Positions 10,159 to 20,243 of a stretch of 64,000 bases of DNA are shown here, in pieces; positions within the stretch are counted from its first letter, which is position 1, and the number at the start of each line of letters is the position of its first letter. The position numbers and the translations under genes are program-made. The notes below the pieces were generated by a model. The model searched no databases and had not been told where the DNA came from. It worked only from the letters and a program-made list of their open reading frames with translations. Origin of the DNA: an uncultured Actinomycetes bacterium (GTDB lineage: Bacteria > Actinomycetota > Acidimicrobiia > IMCC26256 > DASPTH01); assembly GCA_963726965.1 (NCBI GenBank), contig CAVSEI010000006.1:268159-332158 (forward strand). Reading direction: 5' to 3'.

Positions 10159-10771
10159 ATGCCGCGTCCTGCCCACTACGAGACACCGACGGTCCGCATC
10201 GAGAAGCTGATCGTCGGACCGGTCGAGAACAATGTGTTCGTCGTGCGGTGCAAGGGCACGGGCGAAGCCGTCATCATCGACGCGGCCAACGAGCACGAAC
10301 TCCTGCTGCAGGTCAGCAAGGCCACCGGCGTACGTCGGGTGCTCACCACCCACGGGCACTGGGATCACATCCAGGCGGTCGAGGCGATGCGCAACGCGGG
10401 GATCGACATCGGGATCGCGCCGGACGCACGCGTCGATGCTCCCCGCCTACGACTTCGTGCTCCCTGACGACGACGTCATCGAGCTCGGCGACCTCCGCCT
10501 GCGAACGATCCACAACCCCGGCCACACCCCGGGCTCCACTTCGTTCCTCCTCGAAGGTCACCCGATCCTGTTCAGCGGCGACACCCTCTTTCCCGGTGGA
10601 GCCGGGAACACCTCGCTCCCGGGGGGCGACTTCGAGCAGATCATCGAGTCCATCGATCGACGCCTGTTCACCCTGGCGCCTGACCTCCTCGTCCTGCCCG
10701 GTCATGGGCTCGACACCACCATCGGCACCGAGAGACCCCATCTGCAGGAGTGGGTCGACCGCGGTCGGTGA
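10159..10771 (+). pseudogene. MBL-fold metallo-hydrolase (glyoxalase II-like), one frame break near 10425
   Basis: TTHGHWDH (HxHxDH) in ORF 10159..10467. The sequence continues in ORF 10232..10771 (IHNPGHTPGS, FSGDTLFPGG, LPGHG). Confidence 0.85.
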
Positions 10772-10776
10772 GCTCG

Positions 10777-11688
10777 ATGATGTTGCGGGCGAACGACGAC
10801 TGTTGGTGTGGGAGCGGCAAGAAGTACAAGCGCTGTCACAAGACGACCCTGTTGCAGCCCGGCACCGTCGGACCGGAGCGGGCGGTGCCCGCCGAAATCG
10901 TGCGTCCCGACTACGTGGCCACCGGCACGCCCGTGCGCGGCACCGAATCGATGGTGAAGTCAGCGGACGTCATCGAGCGGATGCGGGTGGCAGGGCGCAT
11001 CGCGGTGACGTGCTCGAGGAGGCCGGCGCCGCGGTCGCCGTCGGCGTGACCACCGACGAACTCGATCGCGTCGCGCACCAAGCACACGTGACACGCGGTG
11101 TCTACCCCAGCCCCCTGCGCTACCGAGGATTTCCCAAGTCAGTGTGCACGTCGGTCAACGAGGTCATCTGCCACGGCATCCCCGACGACCGCGCGTTGGC
11201 CGACGGCGACATCGTGAACCTCGACATCACCATCTATCTCGATGGCGTGCATGGCGACACGAACGCAACGTTCTGCGTCGGTCACGTCGATCGCGAATCG
11301 AAACGCTTGGTGCGAGTCACCAAGGAGTGCCTCGATCTTGCCATCGAAGCGGTGCGGCCCGGGGCCCCCGTGTCCGAGCTCGGCCGCGCCATCGAAACCC
11401 ACGCGCAGGCCGAGGGGTTCTTCGTGGTGCGCGCCTTCGTGGGACACGGAATCGGGGAGGTGTTCCACGGTCCCCCGCAGATCCCCCACTACTACGAGCG
11501 CGCCGCCAACACGATCCTCGAGCCGGGCATGACCTTCACCATCGAGCCGATGATCACGATGGGCAGCGTCCAACCCGTGATCTGGGCCGACGGATGGACT
11601 GCGGCCACGTCCGATGGCTCGCGCACCGCGCAAGTTCGAGCACACCGTGCTCGTGACCGAGACCGGCGTCGACGTCCTCACCCGCTGA
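10777..11688 (+). pseudogene. map: type I methionine aminopeptidase with N-terminal SEC-C zinc motif, two frame breaks (about 11000 and 11630)
   Basis: MMLRANDDCWCGSGKKYKRCH (SEC-C), then VCTSVNEVICHGIPD, DIVNLDITIYLDGVHGD, FVGHGIG, TIEPMI and FEHTVLVTETGVDVLTR with TGA at 11686-11688, spread over three frames. Confidence 0.9.
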
Positions 11689-12809
11689 GCGCCTCCGCGT
11701 ACACCGACACCGTGGCCGCGACACAGCGGTCCCACGAGTAGCCACCGACGCGCGTGTTGCCGCGGCCCCGACGAGCGCGGCACGCGCCGCGTCGTCGGTG
11801 AGCAGATCGCGGAACGCGTCGACCCAACCGGCGACGTCGTCGGGCGCCACGAACCGGGCCGCGTCACCGGCCACCTCGCGGAGCGCCGGGATGTCGCCGC
11901 ACACCACCGCCGTCTCCTGCGCCATCGCCTCGAGCACGGGGATGCCGAAACCCTCGTGGCGACTCGGGAACGCGAACAGATCGGCGCCGGCGAAGAGCGG
12001 GAACAACTGTTCACGATCGACCGGTCCGAGCAGTCGCACGCGGTCCCCGAGGACTCGGGCAACCTCACCGTCTTCGTCGTCGGGCTTCCACCCTGGCGGG
12101 CCGGCGAGCACGAGACGATGCGGGACCGCGTCACCGAGACGCGGGCGAACGCGTTCAGCAGCACTCGCACGTTCTTTCTCGGTTGGAACGTGCCTGCCCA
12201 GAACACGTACGGCCGACTCCCGAGGTTGTACGCCCGCCGGGCGGTGTCGATCTGCGCCGGCGTCGCTCGCGCCCGGTCCACCCCGTTGTGCACGACCCGG
12301 ATCCGATCGCGCGAGATCGGGGTGTGGGTGGCGATCTCGTTCGCGCTGAACTCCGAGACGGCGATGACCAGACGCGCCCGCTTCGCGGCAGCCGCGAACC
12401 CCTGTCGATGGAACCTCACCCCGCGACGAGTGAACGCCTCTGGCATCACCATGGGCGCGGCGTCGTGCACGGTGACGACGAGGGGCACCTTCCCCGTCGG
12501 TGGCACCGCGGGTGACGGCGCGTGCACCAGATCGATCGGCGCGAGCCGGCGGACTGGTCCTGCCGCGCCGAGGACGTGCCAGGCGTCGTAGAGCGCAGCC
12601 GCGGGCAGCGGCAGGATGACCGGGTCGAGCCCGGACAGGTCGTGCGCGCCGAGCGCCCGTTCGACGTCAACGCGTGGGTGACGGGCGGTGAACGCGGTCA
12701 CGGCGACACCGTGGGCCGGGAGTAGCCTGACCAATTCCGCCGTGTAGCGACCGATGCCACCCGGCGCCTCGTGGAGCAACTGTTCGACGTTGACGGCAAC
12801 CCGCACCAT
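11678..12809 (-). pseudogene. GT-B glycosyltransferase (family 4-like), two frame breaks (about 12140 and 11760)
   Basis: MVRVAVNVEQLLHEAPGGIGRYT from ATG 12809 (GGAGAGGA RBS). SRHEGFGIPVLEAMA lies in ORF 11554..12111. The C-terminus GYSWDRCVAATVSVYAEALSG is in a third frame. Confidence 0.85.
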
Positions 12810-13926
12810 CAGGATCCTCTCCGTGCAGCCGGTCGCCGAGCGCGGTGGGTCGGACCAGGCACTGCTCCGACTCGTGCGGAGCCTCCCACGCAACGACTTC
12901 GACTTCCACATCGCCGTCCCCGGGCCGTCCCCCTTGGCACCGCAGTTCGCGGCCGCGGGCGCCACCCTCCACGAGATCCCGATGCGCCGCATCTCCACCA
13001 GCCACGGTGGTCGCGACTGGGCCGGGTACGTCGCGAGCTGGCCGGTGTCAGTCGCCCGCCTCACTCGGTTGGCACGCCGCCTCGACGTCGACGTCATCCA
13101 CTCCAACTCGCTGCACACCTGGTACGGATGGGCGGTCGCCCGGCTGGTGCGGCGCCCCCACATCGTGCACGCTCGTGAGATCGTCGTGCAGTCGAGCGCG
13201 GCGTTGCGAGCGGAGCGCTTTCTCTGTCGCCACTTCGCGGCGCGGGTCATCGCGGTGTCCTTTGCGGTCGCCGCGCAACTCGATCCGGCGAACGTGATCG
13301 TGCTCGACGAATACCTCGAGCCGGGATCGTTCTCGCCCGCGCACGCCGGTCGATTCCGAGCGCAGATCGGGATCCCCGACGACGTTCCGCTCATCGGCGC
13401 GGTGGCCCGGCTCGACCCGTTGAAGGGCTTGGACACGTTGCTCGATGCGTTCGCACAGATTCGAGCCGCACGTGCCGACGCGGATCTCGTCGTCGTCGGC
13501 GGGTCCGTCCTCGGCCAGGCCGACGCCGCGGCCGCGCTCCGGCGGCGGCTCGATCGCACCGCAGGCGCGCAGCTCCTCGACGCGCGCGACGACATCCCCG
13601 ATGTGATGGCCGACCTGGACGCGCTCGTGTTCCCGTCCGTCGAGCCCGAGTCGTACGGTCTCGTGCTGGTCGAAGCACTGGCGAGTGGCACGCCGGTCGT
13701 CGCGACCGACCATGGTGGTGCCCCCGAGATCGTGTCGCGGGCCACGCCGGGCGCCGCTCGCCTCGTCGCCGTCGGCGACGTCGGTGCACTGGCCGACGCG
13801 CTCCTCGACCTGCTCCCTGACGCGACGTCAGCCGAACATCGACGCGCGCGGCTCCCCGGCTTCCAACTTCCGCCTCCGCGATTCGACGAGGTGTTCCGCG
13901 CGGTTGCTGCTAACCGACGCGCTTGA
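12790..13926 (+). CDS. GT-B glycosyltransferase (family 4-like)
   Basis: Intact ORF 12754..13926. IRILSVQPVAERGGSD and PSVEPESYGLVLVEALASGTPVVATDHGG. No ATG or GTG lies close to the conserved N-terminus, so TTG 12790 or ATG 12754 are the candidates. It is divergent from, and overlaps, the start of the neighbouring glycosyltransferase. Confidence 0.85.
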   Translation: MTATRTIRILSVQPVAERGGSDQALLRLVRSLPRNDFDFHIAVPGPSPLAPQFAAAGATLHEIPMRRISTSHGGRDWAGYVASWPVSVARLTRLARRLDVDVIHSNSLHTWYGWAVARLVRRPHIVHAREIVVQSSAALRAERFLCRHFAARVIAVSFAVAAQLDPANVIVLDEYLEPGSFSPAHAGRFRAQIGIPDDVPLIGAVARLDPLKGLDTLLDAFAQIRAARADADLVVVGGSVLGQADAAAALRRRLDRTAGAQLLDARDDIPDVMADLDALVFPSVEPESYGLVLVEALASGTPVVATDHGGAPEIVSRATPGAARLVAVGDVGALADALLDLLPDATSAEHRRARLPGFQLPPPRFDEVFRAVAANRRA

Positions 13927-15292
13927 CGCGACGGTACGTGCGCTTGGCCATCTCGTAGACCGGTGACTCTGCCGACAACCGAGCGCGCACGCCGTCCTTG
14001 GCGCGTTGCTCGACCGCCCCGCGCAACCACGTCGTCACGCCGAGTCGGCGCCGGTACTCGGCGAAGTACGTTCGCAATTCCTCGGGGGTGCGGGCCCGCC
14101 CGTTGTCGGCGTACTTCGTCACCCAGGGGGTGAAGCCGGGGTACAACCCCGAACTGGGCCAGGGACCGTGCAGGGTCGTCTGCATGAAGTTCCCGATCAG
14201 GAGATCGTCGAAGATCTCCCATTCGACCGCGCGCATCAACGACGTGCGGGGCACGGCGAAGGTGATCGCGCGCCCCGTGCGCCGACCCCCGAAGTCGATC
14301 GCGTGCTCCCGGTCACCGACCCGGAAGATGACCCGATCGAGCGTGCGACCCAATCGCTCGATCGGCGCGAAGTACCGGGTGAGCGCGGCGATGTCGTCAC
14401 GATCGAGTGGCGTCGACCAGTCGTCCCCGAACTCGCCGGGCGCGAATTCGACGTCGGTCACCGCCACCGGATCGATCCCCTCCCAGAGGTCGGTCCGACA
14501 GTCGTACCGGACGAACGCCGGCAACAGGTCGACCGAACGGGAACGGAACCCGCGGCCGTACTCCTCGAGCGGTGTCGTCCATGCGTTCGCCCAGATGCTG
14601 TCGCTGCGCTGGTACCGGTGAAAGGAGCTGAAGGGGACGAAATGATCGGCACCGAACGTCTCGGTCATGCGCGCGGCGTCGGCGCCGACCTCGAACCCCT
14701 GCTCGCGACGGAGCTGCGCCAGGCTCGGTACGCGCCTGCCGTCCTCATCGACGAAGTTGATCATGTCGGCGTCGCCGTACCCCGTGAGACGGAGCAGGAA
14801 GGACGACGGGAACGCCCGGATCACCCGTTTCACCAGCGAACCCCACCCGCGGTCCTGTGCGTCGTTGAGGTTCACGACCAGTCGCCCGCCGAGATCGACG
14901 AGCAGGATCCGCGTCCTGCCGGAGTCGGCGATGCACAACACCCGTACACGATCGGAGATCCGCACCCATTGGCGGTCGGGCAACACCTCGACGCGATATC
15001 CGTCGCGCGCGAGGTCCGAGGCAATGCGGCCCCCGACGTGGTCGGGGAGCAGGATCCGGGTGTCACGGAACAGCAGCAGCGACGCCGGATTCAGATGGTC
15101 GGGATGGCCGTGGGAGAACCAGACCGCTTCGGCCGCGAGGATGGCCGCCTCCTGCGCCGGCGGGATCACGTGCGAGAGACCCCAACTTCCGAAATAGGCC
15201 GATCCGCGCACCCAGGGATCGGTGGCCAGGACGGGCACACCGTCGTGGACGACGAGGGTGGCGTTCCCGATCGTCTCGAAACCGAGCTCCAT
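13910..15292 (-). CDS. MBL-fold protein with a long uncharacterised C-terminal extension (461 aa)
   Basis: Internal ATG 15292 of ORF 13910..15466. MELGFETIGNATLVVH, WFSHGHPDH (HxHxDH). Intact. Its 3' end overlaps the convergent glycosyltransferase by 17 nt. Confidence 0.7.
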   Translation of the reverse strand: MELGFETIGNATLVVHDGVPVLATDPWVRGSAYFGSWGLSHVIPPAQEAAILAAEAVWFSHGHPDHLNPASLLLFRDTRILLPDHVGGRIASDLARDGYRVEVLPDRQWVRISDRVRVLCIADSGRTRILLVDLGGRLVVNLNDAQDRGWGSLVKRVIRAFPSSFLLRLTGYGDADMINFVDEDGRRVPSLAQLRREQGFEVGADAARMTETFGADHFVPFSSFHRYQRSDSIWANAWTTPLEEYGRGFRSRSVDLLPAFVRYDCRTDLWEGIDPVAVTDVEFAPGEFGDDWSTPLDRDDIAALTRYFAPIERLGRTLDRVIFRVGDREHAIDFGGRRTGRAITFAVPRTSLMRAVEWEIFDDLLIGNFMQTTLHGPWPSSGLYPGFTPWVTKYADNGRARTPEELRTYFAEYRRRLGVTTWLRGAVEQRAKDGVRARLSAESPVYEMAKRTYRRVKRVG

Positions 15293-15515
15293 CCGGTGCA
15301 GGGTAGGGTTTTGGGGAATCCCCCATCCGGGCAGCCTCGTACCTCCGAATGTCGTGCAACGATCCGCGTGGAGCCGAGACCAATACCGCAACGCACGTCC
15401 CTGCGGTACGAGCACCCGCCCTTCCCCGAGGAGCACCCATGAACTCCTGGTACCTCTGGTCAGCACCGGTCCGCAACCTCAACTGGGTCGCCGCCCGCTT
15501 CGGGCACCGGTAGTC

Positions 15516-16751
15516 ATGCCCGCCCCGACCCCCAGCATCTCCGTCGACGACGTCCGGCGGTACGTCGACGATCAGGTCTTCCGTCCGCCGGACGGGGATG
15601 GAGCCGAGGGGCGGGTCGGCATCGAGCTGGAGTGGATCGTCCGCGGGCGCGACGGAAGCGCCCCGATCCCTCCCGAATCACTGGCGACGTTGCTCCCGCC
15701 CGTCCTGCCCGGACAGAGCCGGATCACGTTCGAGCCCGGCGGCCAGCTCGAGTTGAGCGGCCCCGCCGGCCACGACCTCGCGGGCGCGTGTCAGGGGATG
15801 CGCGCCGACACCGCGGTCGTCCACCGCGCACTCGACCGCGCGGGATCGATCTCCTCGGTGCCGGGATCGACACGCGGGGAGAGATTCCGCGTGTGCTCGA
15901 CGCCCCGCGGTACCGAGCCATGGAGGAGTACTTCGACGCCCGCTGGCCCGCGGGTCGCACCATGATGCGAAACACCGCGGCCATCCAGGTCAACCTCGAC
16001 CTCGGCGCGGCCGACGGACATCGAAGCGCGTTGGCAGCTCGCGCACGACCTCGGCCCCGTGTTGATCGCGTCGTTCGCGAACTCACCGTTCGACACATCC
16101 GGGGCACCGACCGGATTCCATTCGACCCGCGGCGCAGTCTGGGCGGCGATCGACCCCACGCGGACGAGTCCGGCACGCGGTACCGGCCGAACCCGGCACG
16201 CGCCGCGTGGACGCGCTACGTCCTCGACGCGCCGATCATGATGATCCAGATCGACGACGCAGACAGCGTTGCGCAACACGAGCTGATGACACTCGAGGAA
16301 TGGATCGTCCGATGGTCACCCGCTCGGCTGGCCGACGATCGACGACGTGGCCTACCACCTCACGACGTTGTTCCCGCCGGTACGTCCACGCGGCTGGCTC
16401 GAACTGCGGATGATCGACGCCCTTCCCGAAGAATGGTGGCCGGTCGCAGTCGCGGTCACCAGTGCGCTGCTCGACGACCCCATCGCGGCATCCCGGGCGC
16501 GACGAGATCACCAAGCCGGTGCACGACCGTTGGCGAACCGCCTCACGCGACGCCCTCGGCGATCGTGGTCTCGGCGCCGCGGCGACCGCCTGCTTCGATG
16601 CCGCGATCGAAGCGTCGCCCGCGACTGGGCGCTGACGACGCCGACGCTCGCGGCGACCCGCGAGTACCTCGATCGCTACGTCGCTCGTCGTCGGTGCCCG
16701 GCCGACGACCAGCTCGACGAGTGGTCACAACTCCGGGCCGCCCGCGTCTGA
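15516..16751 (+). pseudogene. egtA: glutamate-cysteine ligase EgtA, at least 5 frame breaks
   Basis: Fragments in alternating frames: RVGIELEWIV, ITFEPGGQLELSG, PRYRAMEEYFD, MMRNTAAIQVNLD, LIASFANSPF, YHLTTLFPPVRPRGWLELRMIDALP, LDRYVARRRCPADD. Its position ahead of egtB/C/D supports the call. Confidence 0.85.
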
Positions 16752-16753
16752 AC

Positions 16754-18037
16754 GTGGTTTCGAAGACCGAAATCGTCGCCTCGCTCGAAGAGGCCCGCCG
16801 CCGCACGCTCGGTGTGCTCGCGCCAATTCCCGACGCCGAACAACGCGTCCAGGTGTCCGAGCTGATGTCGCCGCTGTGCTGGGATCTGGCGCACATCGGG
16901 CACTTCGAGGAGCTGTGGCTCGTGCGCGAGCTCACCGGCGCGCCGCCGACCGCCGAACTGCACGACGACGTCTACGACGCGTTCAAGCACTCCGCGCCGC
17001 GACCGACCCTCGTTGCCGATCCTCGATCCGGCCGGCGCGCGGAAGTTCGACGCCGACATCCGCACGCGCGCGCTCGACGTGCTCGATCGCACCGAGCTCG
17101 ACCCAGGCGACCCCCTGCTCGCCGATGGCTTCGTCTACGGGATGGTTGCGCAACACGAGCATCAGCACGACGAGACCCTGCTCGCGACCATCCAGCTCAT
17201 GGACGGCTTCGCGCATCCCGACGCCGACGGGCGACACGATTGCGAGCAACGGTCGGCGACGACCGGCTCGAACGTCGGCGACGACGTCGCTGTTCCCGGC
17301 GGCACGTTCACGATGGGGACCGACACCACACCGTGGGCGTACGACAACGAGCGACCGGCCCACGACGTGACGTCTGGGCCCATTCCGCATCGACACGTTC
17401 CCCGTCACCAACGGCGGCCTACCTCGAGTTCGTCGGCGAGCGGCGGGTACGACGAACCGACCCACTGGACCGACGCCGGATGGCAATGGCGGATCGAAGC
17501 GCGAGCTCGTCGGCACCGGAGTTCTGGAGCTCGAACCGACGACGACACCTGGACGCGCCGGCGGTTCGGTCGCGATCGAGATCGTGCCGCGGGACGAGCC
17601 GGTCCAGCACGTGTGCTGGTACGAGGCCGACGCGTACGCGCGCTGGTCGGGCGCGCGCCTCCCACCGAAGCCGAGTGGGAGTACGCCGCGCTCGGATCGT
17701 CGTCGCGCCGACGCCAACCTCTGGCGCGAGGGCACCGCGTCGGTTCGGCGCCGTCGCCGGTCGGATCCCGAGGCGGCAACGTCGAGCGACTTCGGCGTCT
17801 ACGGCATGCTCGGCGACGTGTGGGAGTGGACCGCGTCCGATTTCCTCCCGTATCCCGGGTTCCGAGCCGTTTCCGTATCCCGAGTACTCGGAGGTGTTCT
17901 TCGGGCCCGAGTACAAGGTGTTGCGCGGCGGTTCGTGGGCGACCCATCCGAGCGCGGTGCGCACCACGTTCCGCAATTGGGACTACCCGATCCGCCGACA
18001 GATCTTCGCGGGCTTTCGCTGCGTCCGCGACGCGTGA
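16754..18037 (+). pseudogene. egtB: ergothioneine sulfoxide synthase EgtB, at least 5 frame breaks
   Basis: DinB-like N-terminus (SPLCWDLAHIGHFEELWL, MVAQHEHQHDETLL) and an FGE-sulfatase-like C-terminus (VCWYEADAYARWSGARLP, GDVWEWTAS, LRGGSWATHP, FRNWDYPIRRQIFAGFRCVRDA) scattered over three frames. Confidence 0.9.
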
Positions 18038-18045
18038 GGCCGCTG

Positions 18046-18799
18046 ATGTGCCGCCACCTCGCGTACGTGGGCGATGCCCGCGCGCTCTCAGCGTCCCGTT
18101 GTTCGACGCGCCGCACTCGCTCGCGCGCCAGGCGGAACACCCGCGACTCCAGACGTCGGGCACGACCAACCCCGACGGCTGGGGCGTGGCGTGGTACCGC
18201 ACCGGCGAGCGACACGCCCGAGTGGTACCGCGACGGTGACCCCGATCTGGGACGACACCGAATTCGCGGTCCGCGCCGTGACCATCACCAGCGGCGCGTT
18301 CGTCGCCGCGGCCCGCCTCGCGTCGCCCGGTGCGACGCTCGTCGACACCGGGAACGCGCCCTTCGTGTCGGGACGGTGGGCGTTTTCGCTCAACGGGATC
18401 GTGCACGGCTTCCCTGACGGCGTCGGGGACGAACTCCGTGCCCGCGTGCAGTTCGGACCGACTCGAGGCGATCGTCGGCGACGCCGACACCGAGGTGCTG
18501 TTCGCGCTGGTCCTCCAGGCACTCGACGCCGGTGCCGAACCCGTCGCGGCACTGGCCCGCGGTCGTCCACGACGTCCTGTCGCTCACCACCGGGCGCCTC
18601 AACCTGTTGCTGACCGACGGGCGGCATGTGTACGGCACGCGGTACGGCAATTCGTTGTTCATCCTCGGTGAGCGGCCGCTGTCGTCCGAGCCGCTCGACG
18701 ATCAGCCGGCCTGGCGTGAGCTGCCCGACGAATCACTCGTCGTCGTCACGGGCGCCGGACGTCACCGTCGGTCGCCTCCCTGTGAAAGGAACGCCATGA
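18046..18799 (+). pseudogene. egtC: ergothioneine amidohydrolase EgtC (class-II glutamine amidotransferase fold), at least 4 frame breaks
   Basis: MCRHLAYVG (N-terminal nucleophile Cys2), [47 protein letters not shown] and [22 protein letters not shown] lie in different frames. A TGA overlaps the egtD ATG only after a further shift. Confidence 0.85.
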
Positions 18800-19775
18800 C
18801 CGCGGAGTCACGCATCGACGTCCACCTCGAACCGGACTCGATGGCGCGCGCGCTCGAAGCCGACGTGCGCGCCGGGCTCGGGAGCACACCCAAGACACTC
18901 CCACCGAAGTGGTTCTACGACGACCGCGGCAGCGAGCTGTTCGACGAGATCACCCGACTCCCCGAGTACTACCCCACCCGCACCGAACGAAGCATCCTCC
19001 TCGAGCACGCGCACGAGATCACCGAGCTCACCAAGGCCGACACCGCTCGTCGAACTCGGTTCGGGCACTTCGGAGAAGACCCGCATCCTGCTCGACGCGC
19101 TTCCGCGACGCCGGCACGCTCGACCGCTTCGTGCCCTTCGACGTGAGCGAGCAGACACTCCGGGACGCCGCCAGCGCGGTGGCGGGCGAGTACGACGGCG
19201 TCCACGTCCACGCGGTCGTCGGCGACTTCGAGCATCATCTCGGCGACCTGCCCGGGGGCGGGACGCGCGTGGTCGCGTTCCTCGGGAGCACGATCGGGAA
19301 CCTGGCACCGGGCCACGCGCGCGATTCCTCGCCGACCTCAGTGCCGGCCTGGCGCCGGGGGACGCGCTCCTCCTCGGCACCGACCTGGTGAAGGACGTGC
19401 CGCGGCTCCTCGCCGCGTACGACGACGCGGCCGGCGTCACCGCCGAGTTCAACCGCAACGTGCTTCGGGTGCTCAACCGAGAGCTCGCAGCGAACTTCGA
19501 TCCCGACGCGTTCGCGCACGTGGCCCGATACGACGCACGACGCGGAATGGATCGAGATGCGACTGCGCGCGGAGGGTCCGCAGATCGTCGAGATTCGGGA
19601 CCTCGACCTCTCCGTGCGCTTCGCTGACGGCGAAGAAGTGCGCACCGAGATCAGCGCCAAGTTCCGTCGATCCGGGGTCGAGCGGGAGCTGGCGGCCGCA
19701 GGCCTCGAACTGGCCGAGTGGTGGACCGACCCGGCCGGCGATTTCGCGCTGTCGCTCTCGTTCGCCCGCCGCTGA
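18796..19775 (+). pseudogene. egtD: histidine N-alpha-methyltransferase EgtD, at least 3 frame breaks
   Basis: [72 protein letters not shown] and EWIEMRLRA...[10 protein letters not shown] across ORFs 18532.., 18909.., 19388.. and 19557..19775. Confidence 0.9.
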
Positions 19776-19805
19776 ACCACGACCGACGACCGAACCGAGC
19801 CTCCG

Positions 19806-20243
19806 ATGCCGTACCGACCCATGACCGACGCCGAAGCGCTCGAGTTCCTCGCCGGCGAACCCGCCCGTCCTGGCGTCCTCGGCACGGTTCGGAGGGACGG
19901 TCGCCCGCACGTCGCCCCGGTCTGGTATCTCGTCGACGACGACGGCGCCATCGTGTTCACCACCGGCGCCGAGACGGTGAAGGGGCGCACGCTGCGACGG
20001 ACGGCGTGGGCGGCGATGACCGTCGACGACGACCGGCCACCGTTCTCGTTCGTCATGGTCGAAGGCCCGGTGACGATCTCCGAGGATCGCGGCGCGGTGC
20101 GGGCGTGGGCCGCGCGCATCGGCGCGCGCTACATGGGCGCCGATCGGGCCGAGGAGTACGGTGAACGCAACGGCGTGCCTGGAGAGCTGTTGGTGCGTCT
20201 CACGCCGACCAGGTTCGTCAGCGCCCGCGATCTCGCGGATTGA
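19806..20243 (+). CDS. pyridoxamine 5'-phosphate oxidase-family (PPOX class, probably F420-dependent) protein
   Basis: Intact 145-aa ORF with GVLGTVRRDGRPHVAPVWY and FSFVMVEGPV. The family assignment is from memory. Confidence 0.7.
   Translation: MPYRPMTDAEALEFLAGEPARPGVLGTVRRDGRPHVAPVWYLVDDDGAIVFTTGAETVKGRTLRRTAWAAMTVDDDRPPFSFVMVEGPVTISEDRGAVRAWAARIGARYMGADRAEEYGERNGVPGELLVRLTPTRFVSARDLAD

Noticed and set aside
7661-10210. 849-aa plus-strand track ORF
   Set aside because: It is antisense to three well-supported minus-strand genes (7895-8125, 8312-8866 and the acyl-CoA dehydrogenase). Its composition is dominated by R/G/D/E/V with no recognisable motif.
11139-14222. 1027-aa minus-strand track ORF
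   Set aside because: Only its middle third (about 12150-12809) is real glycosyltransferase sequence. The remaining portions are read-through antisense to map, the plus-strand glycosyltransferase and the MBL gene.
18740-18800. Apparent EgtC-EgtD fusion
   Set aside because: The situation is the same: a TGA overlapping the egtD ATG is present one frame over (…[13 protein letters not shown]), and egtC is riddled with frame breaks.
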